DNA of 64,000 bases from Patescibacteria group bacterium (GCA_030837225.1 JAUPKX010000005.1:8049-72048); one strand, 5' to 3'. Shown: positions 17,449 to 27,977, counted from the first letter of the stretch. Notes: generated by a model not told the origin, from the letters alone. Made by a program: numbers and translations.

Positions 17449-19173
17449 GTGTTCGAGTATAATCCTTATATGGAGAATCCGGATCGCGTCACCTATTTTG
17501 CGGCCACTGATGCACGCGGAAAGCGCGTACCGTTTGGCATAAAGGCGAAAGACCGCTCGAAGCACATGTACGTCATCGGGAAGACGGGTATGGGTAAGTC
17601 GACAATGCTTGAGAACATGGCCATTCAGGACATACGGAACGGAGAGGGTATGGCCTTCATCGATCCGCACGGCAGCGCGGTTGATAAGCTGCTCGATTTC
17701 ATACCAGAAGATCGCGTGAAGGACGTTGTGTACTTCGCACCGTTCGATCTCGAAAACCCTATCGCATTCAACGTGATGGAGGACGTTGGCTATGACAAGC
17801 GACACCTCGTGGTGTCAGGGCTCATGGCTACCTTCAAGAAGATCTGGGTTGATGCGTGGTCGGCACGTATGGAGTACATCCTTACGAACACCTTGCTCGC
17901 GCTCCTTGAATATCCAGGCGCGACGTTGCTCGGGGTGAATCGTATGTACACCGACAAGAACTATCGCAAGAAGGTGGTTGAGAACATCAAGGATCCGGTT
18001 GTGAAGGACTTCTGGGTAAGCGAGTTCGCGAACTATGGAGACCGCTATACCCAGGAGGCGACACCGGCCATTCAGAACAAGATCGGCCAGTTCACCTCAA
18101 ACCCTCTTATTCGAAACATCATCGGACAGCCACACTCGTCCTTTGATATCCGTGACCTCATGGATAACCGAAAGATTCTCCTTGTGAATCTGTCGAAGGG
18201 ACTTGTGGGCGACACCAACATGCAGCTACTCGGCTCCATGCTCACCACGCGTATCTTCCTCGGTGCGATGAGTCGTGCGGACCTGCCGTCCCATGAGCTC
18301 GCAAAGACGCCAAGCTTCTATTTCTACGTGGACGAGTTCCAGAACTTCGCGAACGAGAGCTTCTCGGAGATTTTGTCCGAGGCTCGCAAGTACCAGTTGA
18401 GCCTCATTATCGCGCATCAGTATGTGGCACAAATGGAAGAAGAGGTGCAGGCAGCGGTGTTCGGCAACGTGGGAAGTACGGTGTCCTTCCGCGTGGGTCC
18501 ACTCGATGCGGAGCTTCTTGAGAAAGTATTCATGCCGAAGTTCCTGCAGGAGGATCTCGTTAATCTCGGATTCACGCAGATATACCTATCTCTCATGATC
18601 GATGGCGTTGGTTCGCAGCCATTCTCTGCGGTTACGATTCCTGGTATCGAACCGCCGCCACGTTCCTATCGTCTTGAAGTGCTCGAGAATTCACGCCAGC
18701 AGTTCGCAACCAAGCGTGCTGGTATCGAGAATGCCATCCTCACAGAACTCTCTCAGGCAGCTGAAGAAGCGGCCATGAATCACAAGGCAGCGTCTGCGGG
18801 TCCGGCCAATAAGAAGCCGGGCATGGGTGCGCCCCGTAGGGAAGACCGACCAGCTCCGAGAGTAGAGGCATCGCGCAGGGAAGAGCGTCCTGCACCCCGG
18901 CCTGAGCGAGTAGAGCGTCCAGCGCCTCCGCAAGCCGCAAAGACCGCAGACGATCTTAAGGCAATCTTGCGCGCAACTGTTGCGAACGTTGAGAAGAACA
19001 AGCAGAAGAAGCAGGGAGGGAAACAAGAATCCTTAAAGGATGCGCTCCGCACTACGATTGGGAACGTACCGCAGGCGCCAGTGCCACCTGCGCCTAAGAG
19101 TCCCGCTCAAGAACCGAAGCCCGTGTTCGAAGTCCCGGAAGAAACACTGCGCTCCCTTTTTAAAGATGTATAA
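17449..19173 (+). CDS. FtsK/HerA/VirD4-superfamily P-loop ATPase (type IV secretion coupling-protein-like). It has a long disordered Pro/Arg/Ala-rich C-terminal tail.
   Basis: Walker A 'GKTGMGKST', 'FIDPHG', Walker B 'FYFYVDEFQNFA'. The tail contains degenerate repeats 'REDRPAPRVE / REERPAPRPE / RVERPAPP'. Confidence 0.55.
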   Translation: MFEYNPYMENPDRVTYFAATDARGKRVPFGIKAKDRSKHMYVIGKTGMGKSTMLENMAIQDIRNGEGMAFIDPHGSAVDKLLDFIPEDRVKDVVYFAPFDLENPIAFNVMEDVGYDKRHLVVSGLMATFKKIWVDAWSARMEYILTNTLLALLEYPGATLLGVNRMYTDKNYRKKVVENIKDPVVKDFWVSEFANYGDRYTQEATPAIQNKIGQFTSNPLIRNIIGQPHSSFDIRDLMDNRKILLVNLSKGLVGDTNMQLLGSMLTTRIFLGAMSRADLPSHELAKTPSFYFYVDEFQNFANESFSEILSEARKYQLSLIIAHQYVAQMEEEVQAAVFGNVGSTVSFRVGPLDAELLEKVFMPKFLQEDLVNLGFTQIYLSLMIDGVGSQPFSAVTIPGIEPPPRSYRLEVLENSRQQFATKRAGIENAILTELSQAAEEAAMNHKAASAGPANKKPGMGAPRREDRPAPRVEASRREERPAPRPERVERPAPPQAAKTADDLKAILRATVANVEKNKQKKQGGKQESLKDALRTTIGNVPQAPVPPAPKSPAQEPKPVFEVPEETLRSLFKDV

Positions 19174-20488
19174 AACACTCGCCGTGTGTCTTGTTGGTGT
19201 AGGAGCACTCGCCCCGATGCCAACGCATGCGGCAGTAACCATAAGCGAGATTGCCTGGATGGGAACTTCCGTTGATAGCGGGAGTTTTTGCGAATGGGTA
19301 GAGCTCGCAAATGATGGTCTTGAATCAGTGTCTCTCTCGGGATGGACCCTGAAGACTACTGATGGCGGCATGTCAGTATCGCTTGCGGGCAGCATAGATG
19401 CTGGAGGTTTCTATCTAATAGAGCGCTCAACACCAACGGCATGTCCTGATCCAGTTCCAGGCATTAGTGCTGACCTGAGTCGTACGTTCGGTGGCGGTCT
19501 TTCAAATGCCGGAGAAGTATTGGTGCTTGCATCCGGAAGTACTGAGATGGATCGGATAGATGCATCCCTAGGATGGGAGGGATCGGTGGGTGGTGATAGT
19601 GCCCTTAAATACACAGCTCAGAGGAACGGGACAGCATGGGTTACAGCCGTAGCGACACCGCGGGCACTGAATGCAACTGAATCAGTTGCGGTAGTTACGA
19701 GCTCTTCAGAGACAACTACTTCCTCATCAAAGAAGACTGTCGGGAATCCCGTACCAACGCTCCTCATTGAAACGGGCGGAGATCGTGTTGTCTCTACGAA
19801 AGCGCATACGAAGTACCAACCGATTGTCTATGACAGTACTGGGCGCCATGTGCGGCAGCCGTATCTCACGTGGGCGTTCGGGGACGGCGGAAGACACGTA
19901 GGAACTAATGTTGAGCATGCGTATCGAGAACCTGGAGAATACCTCGTCGTTGTCCGTGCACAAGACCGCTACAGTCAGGGCACTGCATCGTTCATTGTTA
20001 CGGCAGACCCAGCAGACATACACATTACGGGTCTCTCTGAGAAGGGAGTAACTCTCAAGAATAGCGACACCCGTATTCTCGATCTTTCTCGATACCAGCT
20101 TGTATCAGGAAAGCAACAATTCAAGATTCCTGAAGACACCCAGATACTTCCGGGCCGCGCGGTTATCTTTCCGCCAGAGACAACCAGGCTTGCAACGACA
20201 ACATCCTCTATAAGTCTGTTGTATCCGAGTGGGGAGGTAGCGTCTGTCTATACGCATGCCACGACGACGCCAGCAGTGCTACCTAAGACCTCTGAGCCCA
20301 GTACTAATGTATTGAGAGCGGTCGAAGTACCAGCCAAAGCAGCGCCTCAGAATGATCAGACTATGATGGTCCCTGCCCAGACAATTGAACCTGTCGGGGC
20401 AGGGACGCTTTCTGCACTTCGAGCCTTTCTGGCGCCACTCTGGCCTCCTGTCCCGGAATATCGTAGGCTTTCCATAGTACTTCCATGA
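19166..20488 (+). CDS. Secreted protein with a signal peptide, two lamin-tail-domain-like modules and a central PKD domain. The start is taken at 'MYKTLAV', overlapping the upstream stop by 8 nt.
   Basis: Signal peptide 'MYKTLAVCLVGVGALAPMPTHA'. LTD-like 'ISEIAWMG...CEWVELANDG...SGWTLK'. PKD motif 'WAFGDGGRHVGTNVEHAYREPGEYLVVVRAQD'. Confidence 0.65.
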   Translation: MYKTLAVCLVGVGALAPMPTHAAVTISEIAWMGTSVDSGSFCEWVELANDGLESVSLSGWTLKTTDGGMSVSLAGSIDAGGFYLIERSTPTACPDPVPGISADLSRTFGGGLSNAGEVLVLASGSTEMDRIDASLGWEGSVGGDSALKYTAQRNGTAWVTAVATPRALNATESVAVVTSSSETTTSSSKKTVGNPVPTLLIETGGDRVVSTKAHTKYQPIVYDSTGRHVRQPYLTWAFGDGGRHVGTNVEHAYREPGEYLVVVRAQDRYSQGTASFIVTADPADIHITGLSEKGVTLKNSDTRILDLSRYQLVSGKQQFKIPEDTQILPGRAVIFPPETTRLATTTSSISLLYPSGEVASVYTHATTTPAVLPKTSEPSTNVLRAVEVPAKAAPQNDQTMMVPAQTIEPVGAGTLSALRAFLAPLWPPVPEYRRLSIVLP

Positions 20489-21927
20489 GCAAACTCATTC
20501 TCGTAACCGGGGGCGCCGGCTTTGTCGGTTCGCACCTCGTGAAGCGTCTCGTTGCTGAAGGGCACCGAGTTATTTCGCTTGATAACTATTTCGCGGGATC
20601 GAGAGAGACTCATGTAGCTGGTGTCGATTATCGCGAAGGGCACACTAAAGATATCGAATCTCACGTGCCTGAGTCGCCAGACCTCGTGTTCCACCTTGGA
20701 GAGTACTCGCGTGTAGAGAAGAGCTTCGAAGACATTGAGACAGTGTGGGACCTTAATAAGACAGGAACGTTTGCTGTCCTTGAGTTTGTGCGTCGTCGAG
20801 GATCTAAGATCGTCTATGCCGGTTCCTCTACGAAGTTCGGTGACGATGGCGCGGGGCGCGATCAGAGTCCGTATGCATGGGCCAAGGCTACCAATACCGA
20901 GCTCGTAAAGAACTACTCATCGTGGTTCGGTATTCCGTACGCTATTACGTATTTCTATAACGTGTACGGACCGGGAGAGCGTGCCGGAAGTTTTGGAACA
21001 GTAATCGAGATTTTCCGCCAGAACTATTTGTCGGGACGACCTTTTACTATTACTGCGCCAGGAACGCAGCGACGCAACTTTACGCACGTAGAAGACATTG
21101 TTGAAGGCCTAGTGCTCGTTGGAGAGAAAGGAGAAGGTGACGAGTATGGTCTAGGTGACGAGCGTGCGTATGCGATTAAGGAGGTTGCAGAGCTTTTCGG
21201 TAGCTCGATAATTATGCTCCCGGAACGTCCCGGGAATCGTATGGGATCGAGTCTTGAGACTGCAAAAGCGCGTGCTCTTGGTTGGGAACCAAAGCGTCAT
21301 CTCGCAGACTATATCAAGAGTATTAAGGAGAGCGGTGAGATACGCATAAAGAAAGAAGCTCGAGTGCTTGTCTTCACTACAACCTTCTATCCAGTTGAGG
21401 GTCCTGCAGAAGAAGCGCTCTGCGAACTTATGAAGCAGTTGCCCGACGTACAGTTCGATATCGTAACGACCCTTTACACAAAGAAAGCAAAGGACGTGCA
21501 GTGTCCTGCAGCCAACGCAACGCTCCATCGTGTTGGGTGGGGAACACCGTTTGATAAGCTGCTTCTTCCGTTCCTGGGCGGAAGCATTGCCCGCAGGCTT
21601 GCACGGGAACACGAGTACCTATTTTCCTGGTCTGTCATGGCAAGCTACGGTACGCTCGCAGCACTTTCGGTGCGCAGGGACCGTAAGCTTCCGCTTTTGG
21701 TAACACTTGCCGACCAGTCTCTCGCTTTCCATGAGCGTCTCTTCCTCAGACTCGTTATAGGCAGTGTCGATCAGGTATATGCTTCCAAGCCCGAACAAGG
21801 ACAAAGGTTGGGATCGCTAGAGTCCCGTATGCGCGCACGCAGGACCTTGGGTGAGGGAGATGCGTTCGCGAACCAGATTCGTTTTGCTTACTCCCAGATC
21901 TTAAATAAGCGAGAGCGGAAGATATGA
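20485..21927 (+). CDS. NAD-dependent sugar-nucleotide epimerase/dehydratase, about 300 aa. It is fused to a roughly 180-aa C-terminal domain resembling the N-terminal half of a GT-B (GT4) glycosyltransferase.
   Basis: 'LVTGGAGFVGSHLVKRLVAEGHRVISLDNYFAGS' is UDP-xylose-synthase/4-epimerase-like. C-terminal 'RVLVFTTTFYPVEGPAEEA...' is paralogous to the N-terminus of the next gene, 'RVLIFSLNYYPRFIGGAEVA...'. Confidence 0.65.
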   Translation: MSKLILVTGGAGFVGSHLVKRLVAEGHRVISLDNYFAGSRETHVAGVDYREGHTKDIESHVPESPDLVFHLGEYSRVEKSFEDIETVWDLNKTGTFAVLEFVRRRGSKIVYAGSSTKFGDDGAGRDQSPYAWAKATNTELVKNYSSWFGIPYAITYFYNVYGPGERAGSFGTVIEIFRQNYLSGRPFTITAPGTQRRNFTHVEDIVEGLVLVGEKGEGDEYGLGDERAYAIKEVAELFGSSIIMLPERPGNRMGSSLETAKARALGWEPKRHLADYIKSIKESGEIRIKKEARVLVFTTTFYPVEGPAEEALCELMKQLPDVQFDIVTTLYTKKAKDVQCPAANATLHRVGWGTPFDKLLLPFLGGSIARRLAREHEYLFSWSVMASYGTLAALSVRRDRKLPLLVTLADQSLAFHERLFLRLVIGSVDQVYASKPEQGQRLGSLESRMRARRTLGEGDAFANQIRFAYSQILNKRERKI

Positions 21928-23132
21928 GACGAGTTCTGATTTTTTCGCTCAACTACTACCCGCGCTTCATTGGGGGAGCAGAGGTTGCCATTAAGGAGAT
22001 AACGGATCGTATCTCTCCAGAAGAGATTGAGTTCCATATGGTAACGCTCCGTATGGACTCCGAACTTCCAAAGACCGAGCAGATTGGGAATGTGATTGTG
22101 CATCGTATCGGACCAACCAAAAAGAACCCGAGCATCGCTGACCTACAGAAAGCACCACTCCATTTCAATAAACACCTTTATCAGTTCCTTGCTGCATGGG
22201 AGGCGCAGAGGCTCCATGCGAAGTTTCGCTTTGATGGAGTGTGGGCGATGATGGCTCATTCATGTGGTATTCCAGCTGGAATCTTCAAGACCTTGAATCC
22301 TAAGGTTACGTACCTGCTCACCCTTCAAGAAGGCGATCCACCTGAGCATATCGAACGTCTCGCAAAGCCGGTTTGGCCGCTCTTCAAGCAAGGATTTACG
22401 AGCGCAGATCATCTCCAGCCTATCTCGAACTTTCTTCTTGCATGGGGGAGACGTATGGGATTTGCGGGAGACGCTGCAGTTATACCGAATGCCGTAGATA
22501 CGGCAAAGTTCATGCAGTCCTATAGTCCTGAGGAAGTTTCGGAAATGAAACAGAATCTTTCAAAGAAGACTGACGACGTCTTTCTTGTAACAACCTCACG
22601 CCTCGTGCACAAGAACGCTGTTGATGATGTTATTCGTGCACTGCCACTCCTTCCTGAGAATGTCTCATTCCTTATCTATGGCATTGGTCCGGACGAAGAG
22701 AAGCTTCAGGTCCTTGCGAAGGAACTCAATGTATCTGAACGAACTCGCTTCATGGGGCAGATTGCGCATGCAGAAATGCCGCTGATGCTCGCTGCATGCG
22801 ATATCTTCATCCGTCCATCGCGGTCTGAGGGAATGGGTAATTCTTTTGTTGAAGCGATGGCCGCTGGGCTCCCCGTTATCGCAACACAAGAAGGTGGTAT
22901 TGCAGACTTCCTCTATGACGAAACTCGCAATCCGGACAAAGAGACTACTGGCTGGGCCGTTGATAGCGATAGTCCTGAACAGATAGCGGCAGCGGTAACT
23001 GATATTCTGACGCGCCCTGAGAAGGTCTCGAAGGTTCGTGACACCGCCCTTACGATGGTGCAGAAGCGCTACGACTGGGATACGGTCGCTAAAGATATGA
23101 AAGCCCTGTTTGTACGCATGTTCGCGGGTTAG
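21924..23132 (+). CDS. GT4-family glycosyltransferase (GT-B fold).
   Basis: N-terminal 'YYPRFIGGAEV' and C-terminal 'SRSEGMGNSFVEAMAAGLPVIATQEGGIADFL' (E-x7-E region). Confidence 0.75.
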   Translation: MRRVLIFSLNYYPRFIGGAEVAIKEITDRISPEEIEFHMVTLRMDSELPKTEQIGNVIVHRIGPTKKNPSIADLQKAPLHFNKHLYQFLAAWEAQRLHAKFRFDGVWAMMAHSCGIPAGIFKTLNPKVTYLLTLQEGDPPEHIERLAKPVWPLFKQGFTSADHLQPISNFLLAWGRRMGFAGDAAVIPNAVDTAKFMQSYSPEEVSEMKQNLSKKTDDVFLVTTSRLVHKNAVDDVIRALPLLPENVSFLIYGIGPDEEKLQVLAKELNVSERTRFMGQIAHAEMPLMLAACDIFIRPSRSEGMGNSFVEAMAAGLPVIATQEGGIADFLYDETRNPDKETTGWAVDSDSPEQIAAAVTDILTRPEKVSKVRDTALTMVQKRYDWDTVAKDMKALFVRMFAG

Positions 23133-23133
23133 A

Positions 23134-24243
23134 ATGGCCTCTATGCGGCTCCTCATAGCCACCCCGTTATATCCACCCGATCCTGGGGGTCCTGCTACCT
23201 ATGCAAAGATACTTGAGCAGGAATTGCCCGGTCGGGGGATCCAGGTAGCGCTTCTAAAGTTCAGCGATGTGCGACGCTATCCAAAGATAGTGAGACATAT
23301 CGCGTATTTCATTCTCCTTGTACGTGCAGGAAAAGACTCTGATGCAATTCTCGCACTCGATCCGGTCTCAACGGGTTTCCCGGCAATGCTCGCAGCGAGA
23401 CTACTCAAGAAACCCTTCTTCGTGAAAGTAGTAGGGGACTATGCATGGGAACAAGGAACGCAGCGCTTCGGTATACGCGTCTCGCTCGACGAGTTCGTAC
23501 GCACGAAGCATGTACCGTTCTCAGTAGAGATTTTTAGAATGATACAAACATACGTTGCGCAATCAGCACGGACGGTTATTGTGCCGAGCGAATACCTTCG
23601 TGGCATCGTATCGCGCTGGGGTATCGATACGGAGTGTGTAACCGTTATCTACAACGCCATGCAAGAAGAGGAGGAAGGGGTACTTCCTCCTTCGGTGGAA
23701 GGTCTAACGCGTCCGCGCATTGTTTCTGTTGGAAGGCTCGTGCCATGGAAGGGGATGCCAGGACTCATCGATGCAATGACAACGGTACAAGAAGAGTTCC
23801 CGGATGCGGTGCTTCTTATTGCTGGAGACGGTCCCGATCTCGACGCACTCGAACGCTTCAGTCACGCGCGGCTCAAGAAGGGAGGGTTGTTACTCGGTCC
23901 GCTTCCGCACCCTGATACGCTTGCACTCATACGGGACGCTGACATCTTTGTCCTTAACTCAACATACGAAGGACTCTCGCATCTACTTATAGAGGCACTC
24001 GCGCTCGGCAAGCCGGTTATCGCAACCAATGTTGGAGGAAATCCTGAGCTTATCGAGGACGGGAAGAATGGCCTTTTGGTCCCTGTGGGGGACCGTACCG
24101 CTCTCGCTGAGGCGATCGTGCACGTGCTTAAGAACCAAAGTCACAGAGACCTTCTTGCGAATACTGCGAAAGAATCAGCGAAGCGATTCTCAACCGCAGC
24201 CATGGCAGATGCAACCGCTGCTACACTTACGCGTTACGTATGA
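23134..24243 (+). CDS. GT4-family glycosyltransferase.
   Basis: 'LLIATPLYPPDPGGPATYA' N-terminus and 'EGLSHLLIEALALGKPVIATNVGGNPELI' C-terminus. The listed ORF begins at 23110, so an alternative start exists. Confidence 0.75.
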   Translation: MASMRLLIATPLYPPDPGGPATYAKILEQELPGRGIQVALLKFSDVRRYPKIVRHIAYFILLVRAGKDSDAILALDPVSTGFPAMLAARLLKKPFFVKVVGDYAWEQGTQRFGIRVSLDEFVRTKHVPFSVEIFRMIQTYVAQSARTVIVPSEYLRGIVSRWGIDTECVTVIYNAMQEEEEGVLPPSVEGLTRPRIVSVGRLVPWKGMPGLIDAMTTVQEEFPDAVLLIAGDGPDLDALERFSHARLKKGGLLLGPLPHPDTLALIRDADIFVLNSTYEGLSHLLIEALALGKPVIATNVGGNPELIEDGKNGLLVPVGDRTALAEAIVHVLKNQSHRDLLANTAKESAKRFSTAAMADATAATLTRYV

Positions 24244-25364
24244 AGGTCCTCTTTATATCAAACGACCCAGCACTCTTTGTTGAAGGAAGCGAGGTACGTG
24301 CCCGCATGCGTTCCTACGCAGAAGCGATAGGGGAGTTGTCGATTATTAGCCGCGCACCAAAGCCCCAAGAGATTCATGAGGGCTCGCTTCATCTCTATGG
24401 CGTACGTACAGGCAAGCTCTTCTCGCCCTTTACCCTCGCGTCCCGAGCGCGCACGTTAATTCTGAAGCAGGGTATAGAGATTGTTTCAGCGCAAGATCCG
24501 TTCGAGCACGGATGGGCAGCGCTTCGGGCAGTACGAGGAACGTCGGCTCGACTACACGTACAGGTACACACCGACTTCTTGTCTCCGTGGTTCCGAAGCT
24601 CGCTTGGTGTCTCGTCGTTTCCGATGCGTGTCTTGAATCGGATTCGCGTGCATATTGCAGACCATGTGATTCCTCGAGCGGCAGGGGTTCGCGCGGTATC
24701 AAAGCGAATTCAGTCTTCACTTTTGAAGCGGTACGCATCTCGCATCAAGGAGGTCCGTGTTGTACCGATTGCAATCCCGAGCGATGTACAAGAAGAGGTA
24801 CCGCTTCCTCCTGCATCGTTTACGTTTAAACTTCTGGCTGTTGGAAGACTAGAATCCGAGAAGCGTCTTCCCGATGTGCTTAAAGCTCTTCATCATATCC
24901 ATCCCCAGTATCCAAGTATTGGTCTGTATATAGCTGGATCGGGCAGGGAGGAAGCACCTCTCAAGAATATGGTTCGAGAGCTCGGTCTCACTGAACGTGT
25001 GGTATTCCTTGGTGCTCGTACGGACGCACAGGGACTCATGCGAAACGCGCATGCATTCATTCAGGCGAGCGCATACGAAGGATACGGCAGGACACTTGTC
25101 GAAGCGGCGCTTGCGCGCGTGCCAATCATCACGACCGACGTGGGCGTTGTGGGAGAAATATTCGAAGGGTATCGAGACGTGCTTTCGGTGCCTCCTGGTG
25201 ATTCTGCTGCAATTGCGGTGCAGATCGTGGGACTCATAGAAGACGAATCCGCTCGACACTCTCTTGTTATTAATGCCGAGATCGCAGCGCGGAAGCACCT
25301 TGCCTCGAGTGAAGAGACCGTACAGGCACTATGCGACGATCTGAGAAGGACGCTTGCCCCCTGA
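24240..25364 (+). CDS. GT4-family glycosyltransferase.
   Basis: 'EGYGRTLVEAALARVPIITTDVGVVGEIF' C-terminal motif. There is a 4-nt overlap with the upstream gene. Confidence 0.75.
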   Translation: MKVLFISNDPALFVEGSEVRARMRSYAEAIGELSIISRAPKPQEIHEGSLHLYGVRTGKLFSPFTLASRARTLILKQGIEIVSAQDPFEHGWAALRAVRGTSARLHVQVHTDFLSPWFRSSLGVSSFPMRVLNRIRVHIADHVIPRAAGVRAVSKRIQSSLLKRYASRIKEVRVVPIAIPSDVQEEVPLPPASFTFKLLAVGRLESEKRLPDVLKALHHIHPQYPSIGLYIAGSGREEAPLKNMVRELGLTERVVFLGARTDAQGLMRNAHAFIQASAYEGYGRTLVEAALARVPIITTDVGVVGEIFEGYRDVLSVPPGDSAAIAVQIVGLIEDESARHSLVINAEIAARKHLASSEETVQALCDDLRRTLAP

Positions 25365-25398
25365 TACCCCAGGAAGAGATTCAGGGTTATCCTAGAGT

Positions 25399-26367
25399 AT
25401 GGTCAATATCGTAACGATAGGCGGCGGAACGGGTACGTTCGTGGTCCTTTCAGGCCTCAGGAGGCTTCCAGAGGTCTCTCTTTCGGCTATCGTCACAGCC
25501 GCGGACGACGGGGGCTCTACGGGGCACCTACGAGACGCATACGGGTTTCTTCCTGCGGGGGATGCCCGCCAGGCCCTTGTGGCGCTTGCAGAGGACGGGA
25601 ACGTCCTGCGAGACCTCTTTGCGTACCGGTTCGAGAAGAGCGAGGTTGCTGGGCATAATCTCGGGAACCTGTTCTTAACTGCCCTCACTGATCTTCTCGG
25701 TTCAGACGCAGCAGCGCTTGAAGAAGCATCACGGATTTTGCGAGTAGCAGGGAAGGTAATCATGGCAACTGACACACCTGCCACCCTTAAGGCTACGCTC
25801 GAAGATGGAAGCGTCGTTATGAATGAGCGAGAGATTGATGAGCGTATTGCGGGACGTTCTCGTATTGCTGAGCTCGCACTCGAGACATCGCTGTCGGTGT
25901 CGCTTGCTGCACGTACTGCCATAGAAGAGGCCGATCTAATTATTCTTGGACCAGGAGATCTCTACACGTCGAGCATTGCTGCACTCTTGCCAAGCGGTAT
26001 GAAGGAGACGATTGCGGGCTCAAAGGCTCGTCTTGTATATGTCACGAACCTGTTTACGAAGACGGGCCAGACTAATGGCTATAGCGTTAGCGATCATGTA
26101 CGCGAGATTGCGCGGTACGCCGGGCGCGAACCGGACGTTATATTCTTGAATGATGGTAGGCTATCGCAAGAGCTTCTTGATCGCTATGCCGAGGAAGAGG
26201 AGTATCCGCCCGTTGACGATTCCATTGATTTAGATGCGCGCGTGCAGCGCATGCCACTTGTTTCGGTCTATCAGGTTCCTGCCGTTCCGGGAGACCCGCT
26301 CCTTCGCTCCCTGGTTCGCCATGACCCGGCAAAGCTTGCTGCTGCCATTAGCACTCTTTTTGTATGA
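25399..26367 (+). CDS. YvcK / CofD-like family protein (gluconeogenesis factor / 2-phospho-L-lactate transferase-like, UPF0052).
   Basis: 'IVTIGGGTGTFVVLSGL...AADDGGSTGHLRD' and 'NLGNLFL' are family hallmarks. Confidence 0.7.
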   Translation: MVNIVTIGGGTGTFVVLSGLRRLPEVSLSAIVTAADDGGSTGHLRDAYGFLPAGDARQALVALAEDGNVLRDLFAYRFEKSEVAGHNLGNLFLTALTDLLGSDAAALEEASRILRVAGKVIMATDTPATLKATLEDGSVVMNEREIDERIAGRSRIAELALETSLSVSLAARTAIEEADLIILGPGDLYTSSIAALLPSGMKETIAGSKARLVYVTNLFTKTGQTNGYSVSDHVREIARYAGREPDVIFLNDGRLSQELLDRYAEEEEYPPVDDSIDLDARVQRMPLVSVYQVPAVPGDPLLRSLVRHDPAKLAAAISTLFV

Positions 26368-26882
26368 GGTACTATCTCGATTTCGATCGCACGCTCTTCG
26401 ATACGGATTCGTTCTATGAGTATCTCGCAAACCGGCCGGGTCTTGAAAGGACTAGAGGGCTTCCTGCGGTAGAGCTTGTGGAAGCTCTTAATCAGATGGC
26501 GATGGACAGCACGCTTACATTCGCTCCTGGCGAACTCTCGCAGTTCTTGTTTCAGGATGCGGCAAGCTTTCTACGCGAGAAGGAGAATGCGGTTACGATT
26601 ATCACCTATGGGAATGCGACGTTCCAGGAGATAAAGGTGAAGAGTGCACTTACGAGTATACCCCGTATGTCGGTTATGTATACGAATGAAGTCCGGAAGG
26701 GTATCTATCTTGCGCCGCACACCCACCTTCATGCGGGCGCGGTGCTCGCTGACGACGCTGTTGTTGAGCTTGAGATTCTTGCGGAGAAGTGTCCTTCCTT
26801 AACACTGTACGAAATGCGACGTGACGGCGGGGAAGGGGATGGACGCTGGCCGGTTATCAGGTCACTCGCAGAACTACCATGA
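26364..26882 (+). CDS. Small HAD-like hydrolase/phosphatase (tentative).
   Basis: N-terminal 'YLDFDRTLFDT' resembles HAD motif I (DxDxT). Confidence 0.4.
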   Translation: MRYYLDFDRTLFDTDSFYEYLANRPGLERTRGLPAVELVEALNQMAMDSTLTFAPGELSQFLFQDAASFLREKENAVTIITYGNATFQEIKVKSALTSIPRMSVMYTNEVRKGIYLAPHTHLHAGAVLADDAVVELEILAEKCPSLTLYEMRRDGGEGDGRWPVIRSLAELP

Positions 26883-27916
26883 GAGTCCTCTTCGTAACGC
26901 AGGCACTTGATCTGGATGAGCCAGTTCTGAGCACGTATCACGAGTGGGTCTCTGCGCTCGCTAACCGTGTCGATCATGTCGAAGCGATCTGCCTTAAGGA
27001 GGGAAGGCACGAACTCCCAAAGAACGTGAGAGTTCATTCGTTAGGAAAAGAGGATGGAAGGCAGTCGAAGATGCAGTATGCACTACGCTTTTTCTTGCTC
27101 TCGTGGAAGCTACGCAATGAGTATGACGTAGTGTTCGTACATATGAATCAGGAATATATCCTCATTTCTGGATGGCTATGGAAACTTCTAGGGAAACGGG
27201 TGTATCTCTGGAGAAACCATTACGCTGGTTCATTCCTCACAGACGTTACATCTTTCTTCTGTACGAAGATTTTTTGTACCTCGAGATACTCTTATACTGC
27301 GCGGTATAAGAAGACAGTGTTCATGCCGGTTGGTGTTGATGTTGGGCGGTTTATCGCTCGTGCTGGTGTTGTTCGCAAACCACAGTCAATTCTTTTCTTC
27401 TCGCGCATGTCCCCGTCTAAGCGACCCGAGATTCTCCTTGAGGTGCTCGCGTTACTTAAAGAAAAGGATGTGTCATTTACGGCATCCTTTTATGGAAGTC
27501 CGCTTCCGGAAGACGTGCCGTATTACGAGGGTCTAAAAAGGTTAGCGGAAGAAAAGGATCTTAACGATGTCGTTTCGTTCTTTTCGGGTGTTGTGAACAA
27601 AGAGGCGCCGGACGTGTTCCAGGCGCACGAAATATTCGTAAACTGTTCTCGGTCCGGCATGTTCGACAAGGTGTTGTTTGAAGCTGCGGCGTCGGGGTGC
27701 TTAGTACTTGCGGTGAGCGAGGACCTCGGAAGGGAGGCAGGGTCCGAGTTCATCTTTGATGAGGCTGATCCTACAGACCTTGCTGAAAAGATTGAGAAAT
27801 GGCTCGCGATAGACCTGGTAGGAGGTACGGAAGCCCTTGAGACCTTGATGGCTATGGCGAAGCGCCATAGTTCGGGAACACTCTTTGATACGCTCTACGC
27901 CGAGATGGGCACTTAG
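26879..27916 (+). CDS. Glycosyltransferase, GT-B fold (GT4/GT1-like).
   Basis: The domain layout and the C-terminal 'FEAAASGCLVLAVSEDLG' region are consistent with a GT-B nucleotide-sugar-binding half. Confidence 0.55.
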   Translation: MRVLFVTQALDLDEPVLSTYHEWVSALANRVDHVEAICLKEGRHELPKNVRVHSLGKEDGRQSKMQYALRFFLLSWKLRNEYDVVFVHMNQEYILISGWLWKLLGKRVYLWRNHYAGSFLTDVTSFFCTKIFCTSRYSYTARYKKTVFMPVGVDVGRFIARAGVVRKPQSILFFSRMSPSKRPEILLEVLALLKEKDVSFTASFYGSPLPEDVPYYEGLKRLAEEKDLNDVVSFFSGVVNKEAPDVFQAHEIFVNCSRSGMFDKVLFEAAASGCLVLAVSEDLGREAGSEFIFDEADPTDLAEKIEKWLAIDLVGGTEALETLMAMAKRHSSGTLFDTLYAEMGT

Positions 27917-27977
27917 GCCCTCCTGCATCCTTGCTTTCCCAACGCGAGTTATAAGCATATGCTAGTGTCATACTGCT

